35,671 nucleotides of DNA from Chitinophaga pinensis (GTDB lineage: Bacteria; Bacteroidota; Bacteroidia; Bacteroidales; Prolixibacteraceae): the NCBI GenBank assembly GCA_945897845.1, contig CAMDGL010000001.1, positions 1 through 35,671 on the forward strand, written 5' to 3'. The position numbers were made by a program, and so were the translations under genes. Below the pieces are notes generated by a model. The model was not told where the DNA came from and did not search any database. It saw nothing but the letters and a program-made list of their open reading frames with translations. Positions within the stretch are counted from its first letter, which is position 1. Every line of letters begins with the position of its first letter. This document shows positions 8,745 to 17,496 of this stretch, one piece after another.

Positions 8745-10862
8745 ATGGCTACATTACAGAACATAAGGAATCGGGGAAGTTTAATGGTAGCGATCGTAAT
8801 CGGTCTTGCCTTAGGTGCATTTATACTGGGAGACATGCTTAATTCAGGCAGCAATTTAATGAAACCCAGTCAAATGAAAATTGCGGAAATTGATGGTGAA
8901 TCAGTTCAATATCCTGATTTCCAGAAAAAAGTAGAAGAGCTTTCCGAAATTTACAAGGAGAATTCCCGGCAAACCCAAATTGATGAAAACACATTGGAAC
9001 AAATCCGGGATCAAGTTTGGCAAAGTATGCTTCAGGATAAAATTTTAGGAAAAGCCTCTTCCGAATTAGGCATAACTGTTGGAGCTGATGAATTATTTGA
9101 CATGGTTCAGGGAAACAATCCCCATCCAATCATTCAACAAATGTTCAAAAATCCACAAACCGGAGAAGTTGACAAATCTTCTATGCTGCAGTTTTTAAAA
9201 TCACTTGAAACAAATGCAACACCGCTACAAAAATCATATTGGTTGTACATTGAAAACCAAATAATTCAGGATAAATTACGGACGAAATACAACAGCCTGG
9301 TTTCGAAAGGTTTATATGTAACTTCGGAGGAAGCGAAAACAAGTTTGGAAGGCAGAAACAAAAATGCAAGTTTCCAGTTCATTGCTTTAAATTATTCGTC
9401 GGTCGCCGATAGTGCTGTAAAAGTTACTGACAGTGAACTGAACGATTACTACGCAAAACACAAGGAAGAATACAAACAAGAAAAAACCCGCAAAATAGAA
9501 TACATCACTTTTGATGTCCTTCCATCAGCCGCAGACAATGCAGCTACCCAAAAATGGGTTACCGACAGCAAAGCAGAATTTGCAACCGTTCAGGACAACG
9601 AACAATATATAAACGTGAATTCAGAAACACGTTTTGACCCAACTTTTTTCAAAAAGGAAGAATTGGTTCCTGAAATGGCAGAATGGGCTTTCGCTGCTCA
9701 ACAAGGCGATATTTACGGGCCATATTTTGAAAACAATGCTTACAAACTGGCAAAAGTTGATCAGTTTAAACTTATACCTGACTCAGTTCAGGCAAGTCAC
9801 ATCCTTATTAACCCGCAAACTGTAGGTGGAGCACCACAAGCGCAGGCATTGGTTGACAGTCTTAAAAAACTGATAGAAAATGGCGCAAGCTTTAGTGAGC
9901 TGGCAATGAAATACTCAGGTGATCCGGGATCTGCTTCAAAAGGCGGTGACCTTGGCTGGTTTAAACGTAAACAAATGGTCCCTGAATTTGAAGCGGCAGC
10001 TTTTAACGGTGAAGTAAATAAACTATACGTTGCTGGCACTCAATTTGGATTGCACCTGATTAAACCAACAAAAAAAGGGAAAGAAACCAATCAGGTACGC
10101 ATTGCAATTCTTTCAAGAAATGTTGAACCAAGCACCGACACTTATCAAAAAATATATGGCGAAGCCAGCAAGTTTGCAAGTGAAAATCCAAATCCTGAAA
10201 ATTTCAACAAAGCTGTGTTGGAGCAGAAACTGAATAAAAAGATTGCTGCGTTGAAAGAAAATGATCGCGAAGTTGTTGGTCTTGAGTCATCAAGACAATT
10301 GGTTCGCGCCGCATTCACAGCTGATAAAGGTGAGATTTTGGTGAACAACGAAGGCTCTTCAATTTTCGAATTCGGAAACAAATTTGTGATTGGTATGCTT
10401 GCGGAAGCAACGGAAGAAGGAAATTCAACCTTCGAAGAAGCTAAAAGCCTTGTTGACCTTGCCGTTCGTAAACAGAAAAAGGCCGAGTTACTTGCAGCAA
10501 AAATGAAAAATGCATCTTCAGGAGAAAGTAGTCTCGAAAGTATCGCCTCAAAACTATCGACAAATGTAAATGAGGCTTCCGGCCTGAACTTCGATACTTA
10601 TTCTATTCCGGTAGCAGGATTTGAACCGGCAGTTGTTGGAACAGTTTCTAATCTTTCAGAAAACAAAATTTCAGAACCTATCGAGGGAATTAATGGTGTT
10701 TATTTGGCAAAAGTAACTGCTATTGTGAAAAATGCAGGCGAGGACCTCAAAGGTGAAAAAACCAGACTTGCACAGGCATTAAGTTATAGGGCAGGCTCTC
10801 AGGCTTTCGAAAGCCTGAAAAAGCTGGCCGACATTGAAGACAAACGATCTAAATTCTATTAG
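8745..10862 (+). CDS. ppiD: Membrane-anchored periplasmic chaperone / parvulin PPIase (PpiD/SurA-N family)
   Basis: N-terminal TM helix, SurA-N-like region, rotamase motifs ASHILI, FSELAMKYS, GGDLGWF, MVPEF, TQFGLHLI. Confidence 0.85.
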   Translation: MATLQNIRNRGSLMVAIVIGLALGAFILGDMLNSGSNLMKPSQMKIAEIDGESVQYPDFQKKVEELSEIYKENSRQTQIDENTLEQIRDQVWQSMLQDKILGKASSELGITVGADELFDMVQGNNPHPIIQQMFKNPQTGEVDKSSMLQFLKSLETNATPLQKSYWLYIENQIIQDKLRTKYNSLVSKGLYVTSEEAKTSLEGRNKNASFQFIALNYSSVADSAVKVTDSELNDYYAKHKEEYKQEKTRKIEYITFDVLPSAADNAATQKWVTDSKAEFATVQDNEQYINVNSETRFDPTFFKKEELVPEMAEWAFAAQQGDIYGPYFENNAYKLAKVDQFKLIPDSVQASHILINPQTVGGAPQAQALVDSLKKLIENGASFSELAMKYSGDPGSASKGGDLGWFKRKQMVPEFEAAAFNGEVNKLYVAGTQFGLHLIKPTKKGKETNQVRIAILSRNVEPSTDTYQKIYGEASKFASENPNPENFNKAVLEQKLNKKIAALKENDREVVGLESSRQLVRAAFTADKGEILVNNEGSSIFEFGNKFVIGMLAEATEEGNSTFEEAKSLVDLAVRKQKKAELLAAKMKNASSGESSLESIASKLSTNVNEASGLNFDTYSIPVAGFEPAVVGTVSNLSENKISEPIEGINGVYLAKVTAIVKNAGEDLKGEKTRLAQALSYRAGSQAFESLKKLADIEDKRSKFY

Positions 10863-10872
10863 TAGAAACCAT

Positions 10873-10907
10873 AAAAAAAAAGCGGGTTATCAACCCGCTT
10901 TTTTTTT
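10873..10907 (+). terminator. Intrinsic terminator (bidirectional type)
   Basis: A-tract gcgggtt atc aacccgc T-tract immediately after the ppiD stop. Confidence 0.9.
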
Positions 10908-10923
10908 AATATTAATTCGCGGC

Positions 10924-11325
10924 ATGGAACACAGGATAAAAAAGCTTGAGCAAATTTTAAAGAACGACCGTTTTGCCGTTTACAATGACATTCGCCTTGT
11001 CTCAATTGGAATTGGTGAAGCCATTGCCGAAATGCCTGTTTCTGAAAAGCATTTGAATGGGGTAAATGTTGTACAGGGAGGGGCTTTGTTTACCCTCGCC
11101 GATTTTGCTTTTGCAGCCGCCTCCAACTCACACGGACGGATTGCAGTTGCCTCCAATGCAAGCATCTCATTCTTCAAAGGTATCTCTGCAGGAAAGCTCA
11201 CAGCAATTGCCAGGGAATTGAATTCTGGCAAAACATTGTCACATTATTCAGTCGATATTATAGACGAAAACGAAAATAAAATTGCGTATTTCACCGGTAC
11301 TGCCTTCCGCAAAGGTGAATATTGA
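10924..11325 (+). CDS. PaaI family hotdog-fold thioesterase
   Basis: HLNGVNVVQGGALFTLADFAFAAASN; ATG 10924 chosen because the upstream extension overlaps ppiD and its terminator. Confidence 0.88.
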   Translation: MEHRIKKLEQILKNDRFAVYNDIRLVSIGIGEAIAEMPVSEKHLNGVNVVQGGALFTLADFAFAAASNSHGRIAVASNASISFFKGISAGKLTAIARELNSGKTLSHYSVDIIDENENKIAYFTGTAFRKGEY

Positions 11326-11360
11326 ACACAACCTGATAGAACAAGCGAATGAATTTTAAT

Positions 11361-11368
11361 TAAATTTG
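11361..11368 (+). promoter_or_regulatory. -7 promoter box for guaB
   Basis: TAAATTTG 28 nt upstream of the ATG. Confidence 0.55.
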
Positions 11369-11396
11369 CCCAATTTTTCATTTTAAAGAAAACAAT

Positions 11397-12893
11397 ATGG
11401 CCAGATATTTCAACCATGTTTCCAGAACATTTAATGAATACCTTTTAATTCCCGGGTTAACTACCAAAGAATGTTTTCCCGATAATGTTTCGTTAAAAAC
11501 ACCACTCGTAAAATACCACAAAGGATCAACTCCTGAATTGGAACTGAATATTCCATTTGTGTCAGCCATAATGCAGTCTGTATCCGATCATAAAATGGCC
11601 ATTGCACTGGCAAAAAACGGTGGACTGTCGTTCATTTTCGGATCTCAGCCCATCGAACCGCAAGTGGAAATGGTCAGGAAAGTGAAAAAATTCAAGGCCG
11701 GTTTTGTTGTCAGCGATGCCAACCTGAAACCCGACAACACGCTTGGTGACGTTATTGCATTGAAAGCCAGAACGGGTCATTCAACCATTGGAATTACAGA
11801 CAGCGGAACTTCTAACGGCAAACTGCTCGGCATTGTTACCAGCCGCGATTACCGCGAAACAAAAGACAATCTGGAAACAAGCATCAGTGAGTTTATGACT
11901 CCGTTCTCGAAGATTATAACAGGACAACTGGGTATTTCGCTGACCGAGGCCAACGACATCATCTGGGAACACAAACTCAACACACTTCCCATTATTGACA
12001 AAGACCAGAACCTGCAATACTTTGTTTTCAGGAAAGATTACGACGAACACAAAGAAAATCCAAACGAGTTGCTCGATCCCAATAAAAAATTATTGGTTGG
12101 CGCAGGTATCAACACCCGCGACTACAAAGAACGGGTTCCGCAATTGGTGGAAGCAGGCGCCGATATTTTATGTATCGACTCGTCTGACGGATTTTCAGAA
12201 TGGCAAAAAGAAACCATTGAATTCATTAAAACTACCTACAACGGAAAAGTAAAAGTGGGCGCCGGAAATGTGGTCGATAAAGACGGATTTCTGTATCTGG
12301 TTGAAGCAGGCGCCGATTTTGTGAAAGTTGGTATTGGCGGCGGATCGATTTGTATCACACGCGAGCAAAAAGGAATTGGCCGCGGACAGGCGACCTCGCT
12401 GATTGAAGTGGCAGAAGCACGTGACGAATACTTTCAACAAACCGGCATTTATGTTCCGATTTGTTCTGACGGCGGCATTGTGCAGGATTACCACATGGTG
12501 CTGGCTTTGGCGATGGGCGCCGACTTTATCATGATGGGACGCTACTTTGCACGTTTCGACGAAAGCCCTACCAAGAAGCTAAAAATCGGCAACAGCTACG
12601 TAAAAGAATACTGGGGCGAGGGTTCAAACAGGGCGCGCAACTGGCAACGCTACGACATGGGTGGAAACGAAAGTCTTAAATTTGAAGAAGGTGTTGACAG
12701 CTATGTTCCATATGCCGGAAAACTGAAAGACAACCTGGACATCACTGTTGGAAAAATCATTTCAACCATGGTGAGCTGCGGTGCACTCAGCTTGCCTGAC
12801 CTTGAGAAGAATGCAAAAATCACGCTCGTTTCTTCCACCAGTATCATCGAAGGTGGAGCACATGATGTTATTCTGAAGGATACAAATATTTAG
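11397..12893 (+). CDS. guaB: IMP dehydrogenase
   Basis: SAIMQSV, CBS subdomain, catalytic loop [27 protein letters not shown]. Confidence 0.95.
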   Translation: MARYFNHVSRTFNEYLLIPGLTTKECFPDNVSLKTPLVKYHKGSTPELELNIPFVSAIMQSVSDHKMAIALAKNGGLSFIFGSQPIEPQVEMVRKVKKFKAGFVVSDANLKPDNTLGDVIALKARTGHSTIGITDSGTSNGKLLGIVTSRDYRETKDNLETSISEFMTPFSKIITGQLGISLTEANDIIWEHKLNTLPIIDKDQNLQYFVFRKDYDEHKENPNELLDPNKKLLVGAGINTRDYKERVPQLVEAGADILCIDSSDGFSEWQKETIEFIKTTYNGKVKVGAGNVVDKDGFLYLVEAGADFVKVGIGGGSICITREQKGIGRGQATSLIEVAEARDEYFQQTGIYVPICSDGGIVQDYHMVLALAMGADFIMMGRYFARFDESPTKKLKIGNSYVKEYWGEGSNRARNWQRYDMGGNESLKFEEGVDSYVPYAGKLKDNLDITVGKIISTMVSCGALSLPDLEKNAKITLVSSTSIIEGGAHDVILKDTNI

Positions 12894-12909
12894 AACTTTA
12901 ATTGCTACC

Positions 12910-12948
12910 AAAAGCGAAAGCGGACTATTAAGCCCGCTTTCGCTTTTT
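12910..12948. terminator. Bidirectional intrinsic terminator after guaB
   Basis: 14-bp stem aaaagcgaaagcgg / ccgctttcgctttt. Confidence 0.9.
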
Positions 12949-13064
12949 ATCAAATATGCAAAAAGGTATATATGCCAAAAATAGTTGGTAAAATCTCCTG
13001 AAATCCTTGTTAGGAAAGGATTAGCTAAAAGTTTATCGAAATTCGATTCGATAAACTTTTTTTT

Positions 13065-14053
13065 ATGGAAAAAACGGTCAAAAAAACGCGTAAAAGTCGC
13101 TGTTGGTCCTGTGGCAGTTTGGATGTAATCAGGTGGGGGAAACAATCCGGGAAACATCGATTTAGATGTAAGAAATGTGGTATTTACTTTACTCCAACGA
13201 AGCCACAATTAAGTGAGCAAAATCGCTTCATCTGGTTTAGGGAATGGATTGAAGGCAAGCAAACATTTTCCCAGTTGGTTATGCGAAGTACTTATAGTGA
13301 ACGAACTCTGAAACGCTACTTCTATAGCTATCTAAAATCTTATCCTGTTTGGAAAATCAGGCCGGCAGAAAAGGTGAATCTGCTCATTGATGGTACCTAC
13401 TTCGCAAATAAAGTGTGTTTAGTTTTGTATCGGGATAACAATGTCAAAGCAACTCAACTATACCGGCTAGTGATGGCGAATGGGAAGAAGAAATCAGGGA
13501 GGATCTGTCGAATCTCTTATCCTTAGGCATTACAATTGAAAGCGTTACCTGTGATGGATTAAGCAATATCTTAAAAGCCATCAGGAAAACTTGTCCTCAA
13601 GCTATTATCCAGCGATGTCTGGCTCACATCCAGCGGGAGGTGCTGATCTGGCTGACCAGGAACCCAAAGAGCGATGCCGGGATAGAACTTCGGGAGATTG
13701 TGAAGAAACTCCACTTGATTGATGACAAAAACAAATGGGGATATTGGGTGGTGGAAATGATGCAATGGTATCAGAGATATCAGTCAATTGTGAATGAGAA
13801 AAGCTATGCCCCACAAACTAAACGATACTGGTTCACCCATAAAAGTATCCGGAAATCATTCATTCACATCAAACGAGCTTTACCAGACATGTTCCAGTAT
13901 TTAGAGAATCCAGATATCCCAAAGACAACCAACGGACTGGAGTCGTTCTTTGGTCATTTGAAGCAAAACATCTCCCTTCACAGAGGACTTTCCAAGGAAC
14001 ATTACAAGAACTATATCAAGTGGTATCTGTATTTTAGAAGCAATGAAAAGTGA
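13065..14053 (+). pseudogene. Transposase split by one frameshift near 13469 (329 aa if restored)
   Basis: CWSC...FRCKKC zinc ribbon and LIDGTYF in frame 1; the alternative frame continues SDGEWEEEIREDL...VTCDG...IQRCLAHIQRE...IPKTTNGLESFFGHLK. Confidence 0.85.
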
Positions 14054-14072
14054 GTTTTTTTAAAGCCATTTA

Positions 14073-14187
14073 GGATACCAGTAATGAAAAAGGAGGAGCC
14101 TTGAACTCCTCCCATTACTGTTTATCCGTAAAGCCTATTGCTGGCAAGTTGCTCTCCAGCAGAGCCTGCTTCCTCTTCAACTTTACG
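14073..14187. ncRNA. Candidate structured RNA element in the IS 3' non-coding region
   Basis: Nested stems ggata/tatcc, cagtaatg/cattactg, ggaggag/ctcctcc; second domain gtaaag/ctttac enclosing gctct/agagc whose loop ccagc is complementary to gctgg; no expression evidence. Confidence 0.45.
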
Positions 14188-14278
14188 CTTATAATTTACC
14201 TATACTTTGGCTAATAGTCACCAACTATTTTTGGCATCATTACCGCAAACCAATATTTCAGGTTCTGAAATTGTATTT

Positions 14279-14728
14279 TTAGCTTAACAGCTCTTTCACT
14301 TTTTCTGAGATGTCTTTCCCATCGGCCAGACCAGCCAGCTTTTTGGAAGCGATTCCCATTACTTTACCCATTTCCTTGATGCTCGTGGCGCCTACTTCAG
14401 TAATAATAGCCTGAATGGATGCTGTCAACTCGGCATCAGACATTTTTACCGGAAGGTAGGTTTCGAAAACTTTTACCTGAAACATTTCCTGATCATACAA
14501 ATCGTCGCGACCCTGTTCTTTGTAAATGTTGGCAGAATCGGTTCCCTGTTTTGCCAGTTTCTGGATAATCTTCAGCACTTCCTGATCGGTGAGTTCGCCA
14601 GTTGCACCAGCCGCAGATTTTGCTTCAATCATTACCTTTTTTATTCCGCGCAAAGCTTCTAGTTTATCCTTTTCACGCGCTTTCATCGCGGTCAAAATAT
14701 CACTGCTTATCTGATCAAATAGATTCAT
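14279..14728 (-). CDS. yqeY: GatB/YqeY domain protein
   Basis: AMKAREK..L..LR, YLP..MS, KEMGKVMG, ADGK; usual position after ftsZ in Bacteroidota. Confidence 0.9.
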   Translation of the reverse strand: MNLFDQISSDILTAMKAREKDKLEALRGIKKVMIEAKSAAGATGELTDQEVLKIIQKLAKQGTDSANIYKEQGRDDLYDQEMFQVKVFETYLPVKMSDAELTASIQAIITEVGATSIKEMGKVMGIASKKLAGLADGKDISEKVKELLS

Positions 14729-14739
14729 GTTCTTAAATA

Positions 14740-16158
14740 TTAGTCAACGTTATCGTGCAAATATGAATTGTTGTCACGTAAAATTACATCATTATTTTCA
14801 TCCGGAGAAATAGAGAATCGGGAGAATTTTTCTTCAACTTTTTTTTTAAACCCTGAAAACCGGAGATTCTTCCGACGATAGGCAGGAATATTCTCCAACT
14901 CATCAACCGCCTCTTCGGTTGTTTGGGTGAAATCGACCGGCTCGTTTAGCTGATTGTAATTTTCCTTTTTGGGATGATTTCCGTAAAGTTCTTCAAACTC
15001 GTCGAACACACTTGTATTAATTTCAAATTCAAATGTTTTTTGCTTTACATTCTTCGAACCGTACAATTCATTTTCAACCGAAGATTTAACTTCCGACTTT
15101 ACTGCAGATTTGTTCTCATGAACTTCGTCACTCAGGGTATGGTAAGTTTTTTCCTGATTTTGGTTCATTGCCATTTCAGGAATACTGCTGGTACTGAATC
15201 CAGTAGCAATAATTGTTACTGAAATTTTGTCGCCCAGTTCTTCATCAACACCATTTCCCCAGATCAAATCGGCAGAATTACCGGCTTTTTCCTGAATAAA
15301 GTCGGTGATTTCTCCAATCTCGTCCATTGTAATTTCTTCCGATCCTGAAGTAATGTTCAGCAAAATGTTGCGCGCACCCAAGATGTCGTTGTTGTTCAGC
15401 AATGGAGAATTCAAAGCTTCTTCAACGGCAATCAGCGCACGATTTACTCCTGAAGCAACCCCGGTTCCCATGAGGGCAACGCCACTGTTGCGCATCACTG
15501 TTTCAACATCGGCAAAGTCAACGTTGATATAACCCGGAACCGTAATAATTTCGGCAATTCCCTTTGCCGCAGTAGCCAGAATATTGTCGGCTTTTGCAAA
15601 TGCGTCCGAGATTTTAAAATCGCCGTACATTTCGCGGATGCGTTCGTTGTTGATCACCAGCAGCGAATCGACATGTGTTTCCATGGCTGCAATCCCGTCA
15701 ATGGCCTGTTTGATGCGGCGGCGTCCTTCGTTGCGGAAAGGAATAGTCACAATTCCGACTGTCAGAATACCAAGTTCTTTGGCTGCCTGAGCAATTACCG
15801 GAGCTCCACCCGTGCCAGTTCCACCGCCCATTCCGGCAGTAATGAAAACCATTTTTGTATTGCTGCCCAGTATCTTTTTTACATCTTCAATGTTTTCGAT
15901 GGCAGCATCGCGACCGGTTTCAGGTTTATTTCCGGCGCCGCGGCCTTCTGTAAGCGAGGAACCAAGTTGAACCTTGAATGGAACCGGACTGTTTACCAAT
16001 GCTTGTGAATCGGTATTGCAAACCATAAAATCCACATCACGAATTCCCTGATGGTACATGTGATTTACTGCATTTCCACCACCACCGCCTACACCAATTA
16101 CCTTTATGATTGAACCCAAGTTCGAGGCAATTTCAAAATTCATTATTTCGTTCGACAT
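14740..16158 (-). CDS. ftsZ: Cell division protein FtsZ, canonical copy
   Basis: [26 protein letters not shown]7 loop NVDFAD; C-terminal IPAYRRK and [10 protein letters not shown]. Confidence 0.97.
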   Translation of the reverse strand: MSNEIMNFEIASNLGSIIKVIGVGGGGGNAVNHMYHQGIRDVDFMVCNTDSQALVNSPVPFKVQLGSSLTEGRGAGNKPETGRDAAIENIEDVKKILGSNTKMVFITAGMGGGTGTGGAPVIAQAAKELGILTVGIVTIPFRNEGRRRIKQAIDGIAAMETHVDSLLVINNERIREMYGDFKISDAFAKADNILATAAKGIAEIITVPGYINVDFADVETVMRNSGVALMGTGVASGVNRALIAVEEALNSPLLNNNDILGARNILLNITSGSEEITMDEIGEITDFIQEKAGNSADLIWGNGVDEELGDKISVTIIATGFSTSSIPEMAMNQNQEKTYHTLSDEVHENKSAVKSEVKSSVENELYGSKNVKQKTFEFEINTSVFDEFEELYGNHPKKENYNQLNEPVDFTQTTEEAVDELENIPAYRRKNLRFSGFKKKVEEKFSRFSISPDENNDVILRDNNSYLHDNVD

Positions 16159-16193
16159 GATCCTGTATTTTTTTCGTGTTAATATTCTGATTT

Positions 16194-17471
16194 TTATTGC
16201 ATCTCTTCTGATTCCGGGGAATCCTTGCCCTCAAAGAATTTTGTAAATTGACGAGAGAACCAACTGTTTGTATCTTCCGGAGTTGATTCGCCGACCAGTT
16301 CATTTTTCCGGCGCGCTTTTCGTTTTGCGGATTTTTCATCCTGAAGCGGATGGTTTTTAACCTCCTTCAAAATCTCCCTTTTCGGAGTGATGGCTTCTAC
16401 TGCTTCCAATGATTTTTCATCTTCAAGATTGATTTCAAATTCATTGGGCTCCAGCATCAATTCCACCACTTCGGCAGGACGCTGAAATATCCGGTTCGGG
16501 TTCACATCGAAACCTGTCGCTATAATTGTAACACTTATCTGGTCGCCAAGTCTTAAATCAATGCCGTTTCCCCAGATAATTGTCGCATCCTGGCCTGCTG
16601 CTTCCTGCAAATAATCGATGATTTCGCCAATTTCGCCCATCGTGATTTCCTCCGTTCCAGAGATAATATTGAGCAAAATATCTTTGGTACCTTTGATGCT
16701 GCTGCTGTCTAACAAAGGCGATTCGAGCGCCTGTTGAACCGACTTCATGGCGCGGCCTTCGCCGGTTGCAAAACCAGTCCCCATGATAAACACTTCACTG
16801 CCGGCCATCACCGTGCAAACGTCGGCAAAGTCGATGTTGATGTTTCCGTGAAGGGTAATTATTTCGGCAACTCCTTTTACGGCAGTGGTAATAATATTGT
16901 CGGCCTTTTTAAATGCCTGTGAGGCCGGAAGATTTCCGTATATTTTATGTAGTTTCTCGTTGCTGATTACCAGCATACTATCCACATGATCTTTTAGTTT
17001 GTCGATTCCTGCACGTGCCTGATCGTACCTCCTTTTCCCTTCGGAAGGTGATGGAAGCGTAACAACTGCAATGGTCAGGATTCCTAAATCACGCGCAAGT
17101 TGTGCGATTACCGGGGCAGCTCCGGTTCCGGTTCCACCTCCCATTCCCGCGGTGATAAACACCATTTTTGTTGAACCTTCCAGAACATTCCGGATATCGT
17201 CCAGATTTTCGATGGCAGCCTGTTCGCCCTGCTCCGGTAAATTGCCGGCACCACGCCCTTCAGTAAGGGTCACCCCGAGCTGAATGCGGATTGGTACCGG
17301 ATTGTTTTGCATCGCCTGAGCATCGGTATTGCAAATAACAAAGTCAACGCCAATAATGCCTTCATCAAACATGTGTTTGACTGCATTACACCCACCTCCT
17401 CCAACACCAATTACCTTGATGATTGAAGAGTTTGCTTGCTCTATTCCGAAATTTAGAATGTCGTCGATCAT
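16194..17471 (-). CDS. ftsZ: FtsZ paralog with atypical C-terminus
   Basis: [30 protein letters not shown] intact; no IPAY/F peptide; ends SWFSRQFTKFFEGKDSPESEEMQ. Confidence 0.93.
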   Translation of the reverse strand: MIDDILNFGIEQANSSIIKVIGVGGGGCNAVKHMFDEGIIGVDFVICNTDAQAMQNNPVPIRIQLGVTLTEGRGAGNLPEQGEQAAIENLDDIRNVLEGSTKMVFITAGMGGGTGTGAAPVIAQLARDLGILTIAVVTLPSPSEGKRRYDQARAGIDKLKDHVDSMLVISNEKLHKIYGNLPASQAFKKADNIITTAVKGVAEIITLHGNINIDFADVCTVMAGSEVFIMGTGFATGEGRAMKSVQQALESPLLDSSSIKGTKDILLNIISGTEEITMGEIGEIIDYLQEAAGQDATIIWGNGIDLRLGDQISVTIIATGFDVNPNRIFQRPAEVVELMLEPNEFEINLEDEKSLEAVEAITPKREILKEVKNHPLQDEKSAKRKARRKNELVGESTPEDTNSWFSRQFTKFFEGKDSPESEEMQ

Positions 17472-17496
17472 AAGGCAGACATGATTATATTAATAG

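Larger units (their letters stand above)
12965..14244 (+). mobile_element. Insertion sequence, 1280 bp, DDE transposase (IS256/Mutator-like core, IS1-like Zn ribbon and ends)
   Basis: Terminal IRs GGTATATATGCCAAAAATAGTTGGT (12965-12989) and, reverse-complemented, GGTAATGATGCCAAAAATAGTTGGT (14220-14244), 22/25 identical; enclose a transposase; no exact target duplication. Confidence 0.88.

Noticed and set aside
11326-11396. Purine riboswitch before guaB
   Set aside because: Spacer is 71 bp and the promoter box is only 28 nt from the ATG
13439-13526. Programmed -1 frameshift joining the two transposase ORFs, as in IS1
   Set aside because: The overlap window has no A6C or X XXY YYZ slippery site and the break falls inside the catalytic domain; a 1-bp deletion or sequencing error is simpler
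14740-17471. Assembly artefact explaining two ftsZ genes
   Set aside because: The copies differ throughout and have unrelated C-termini
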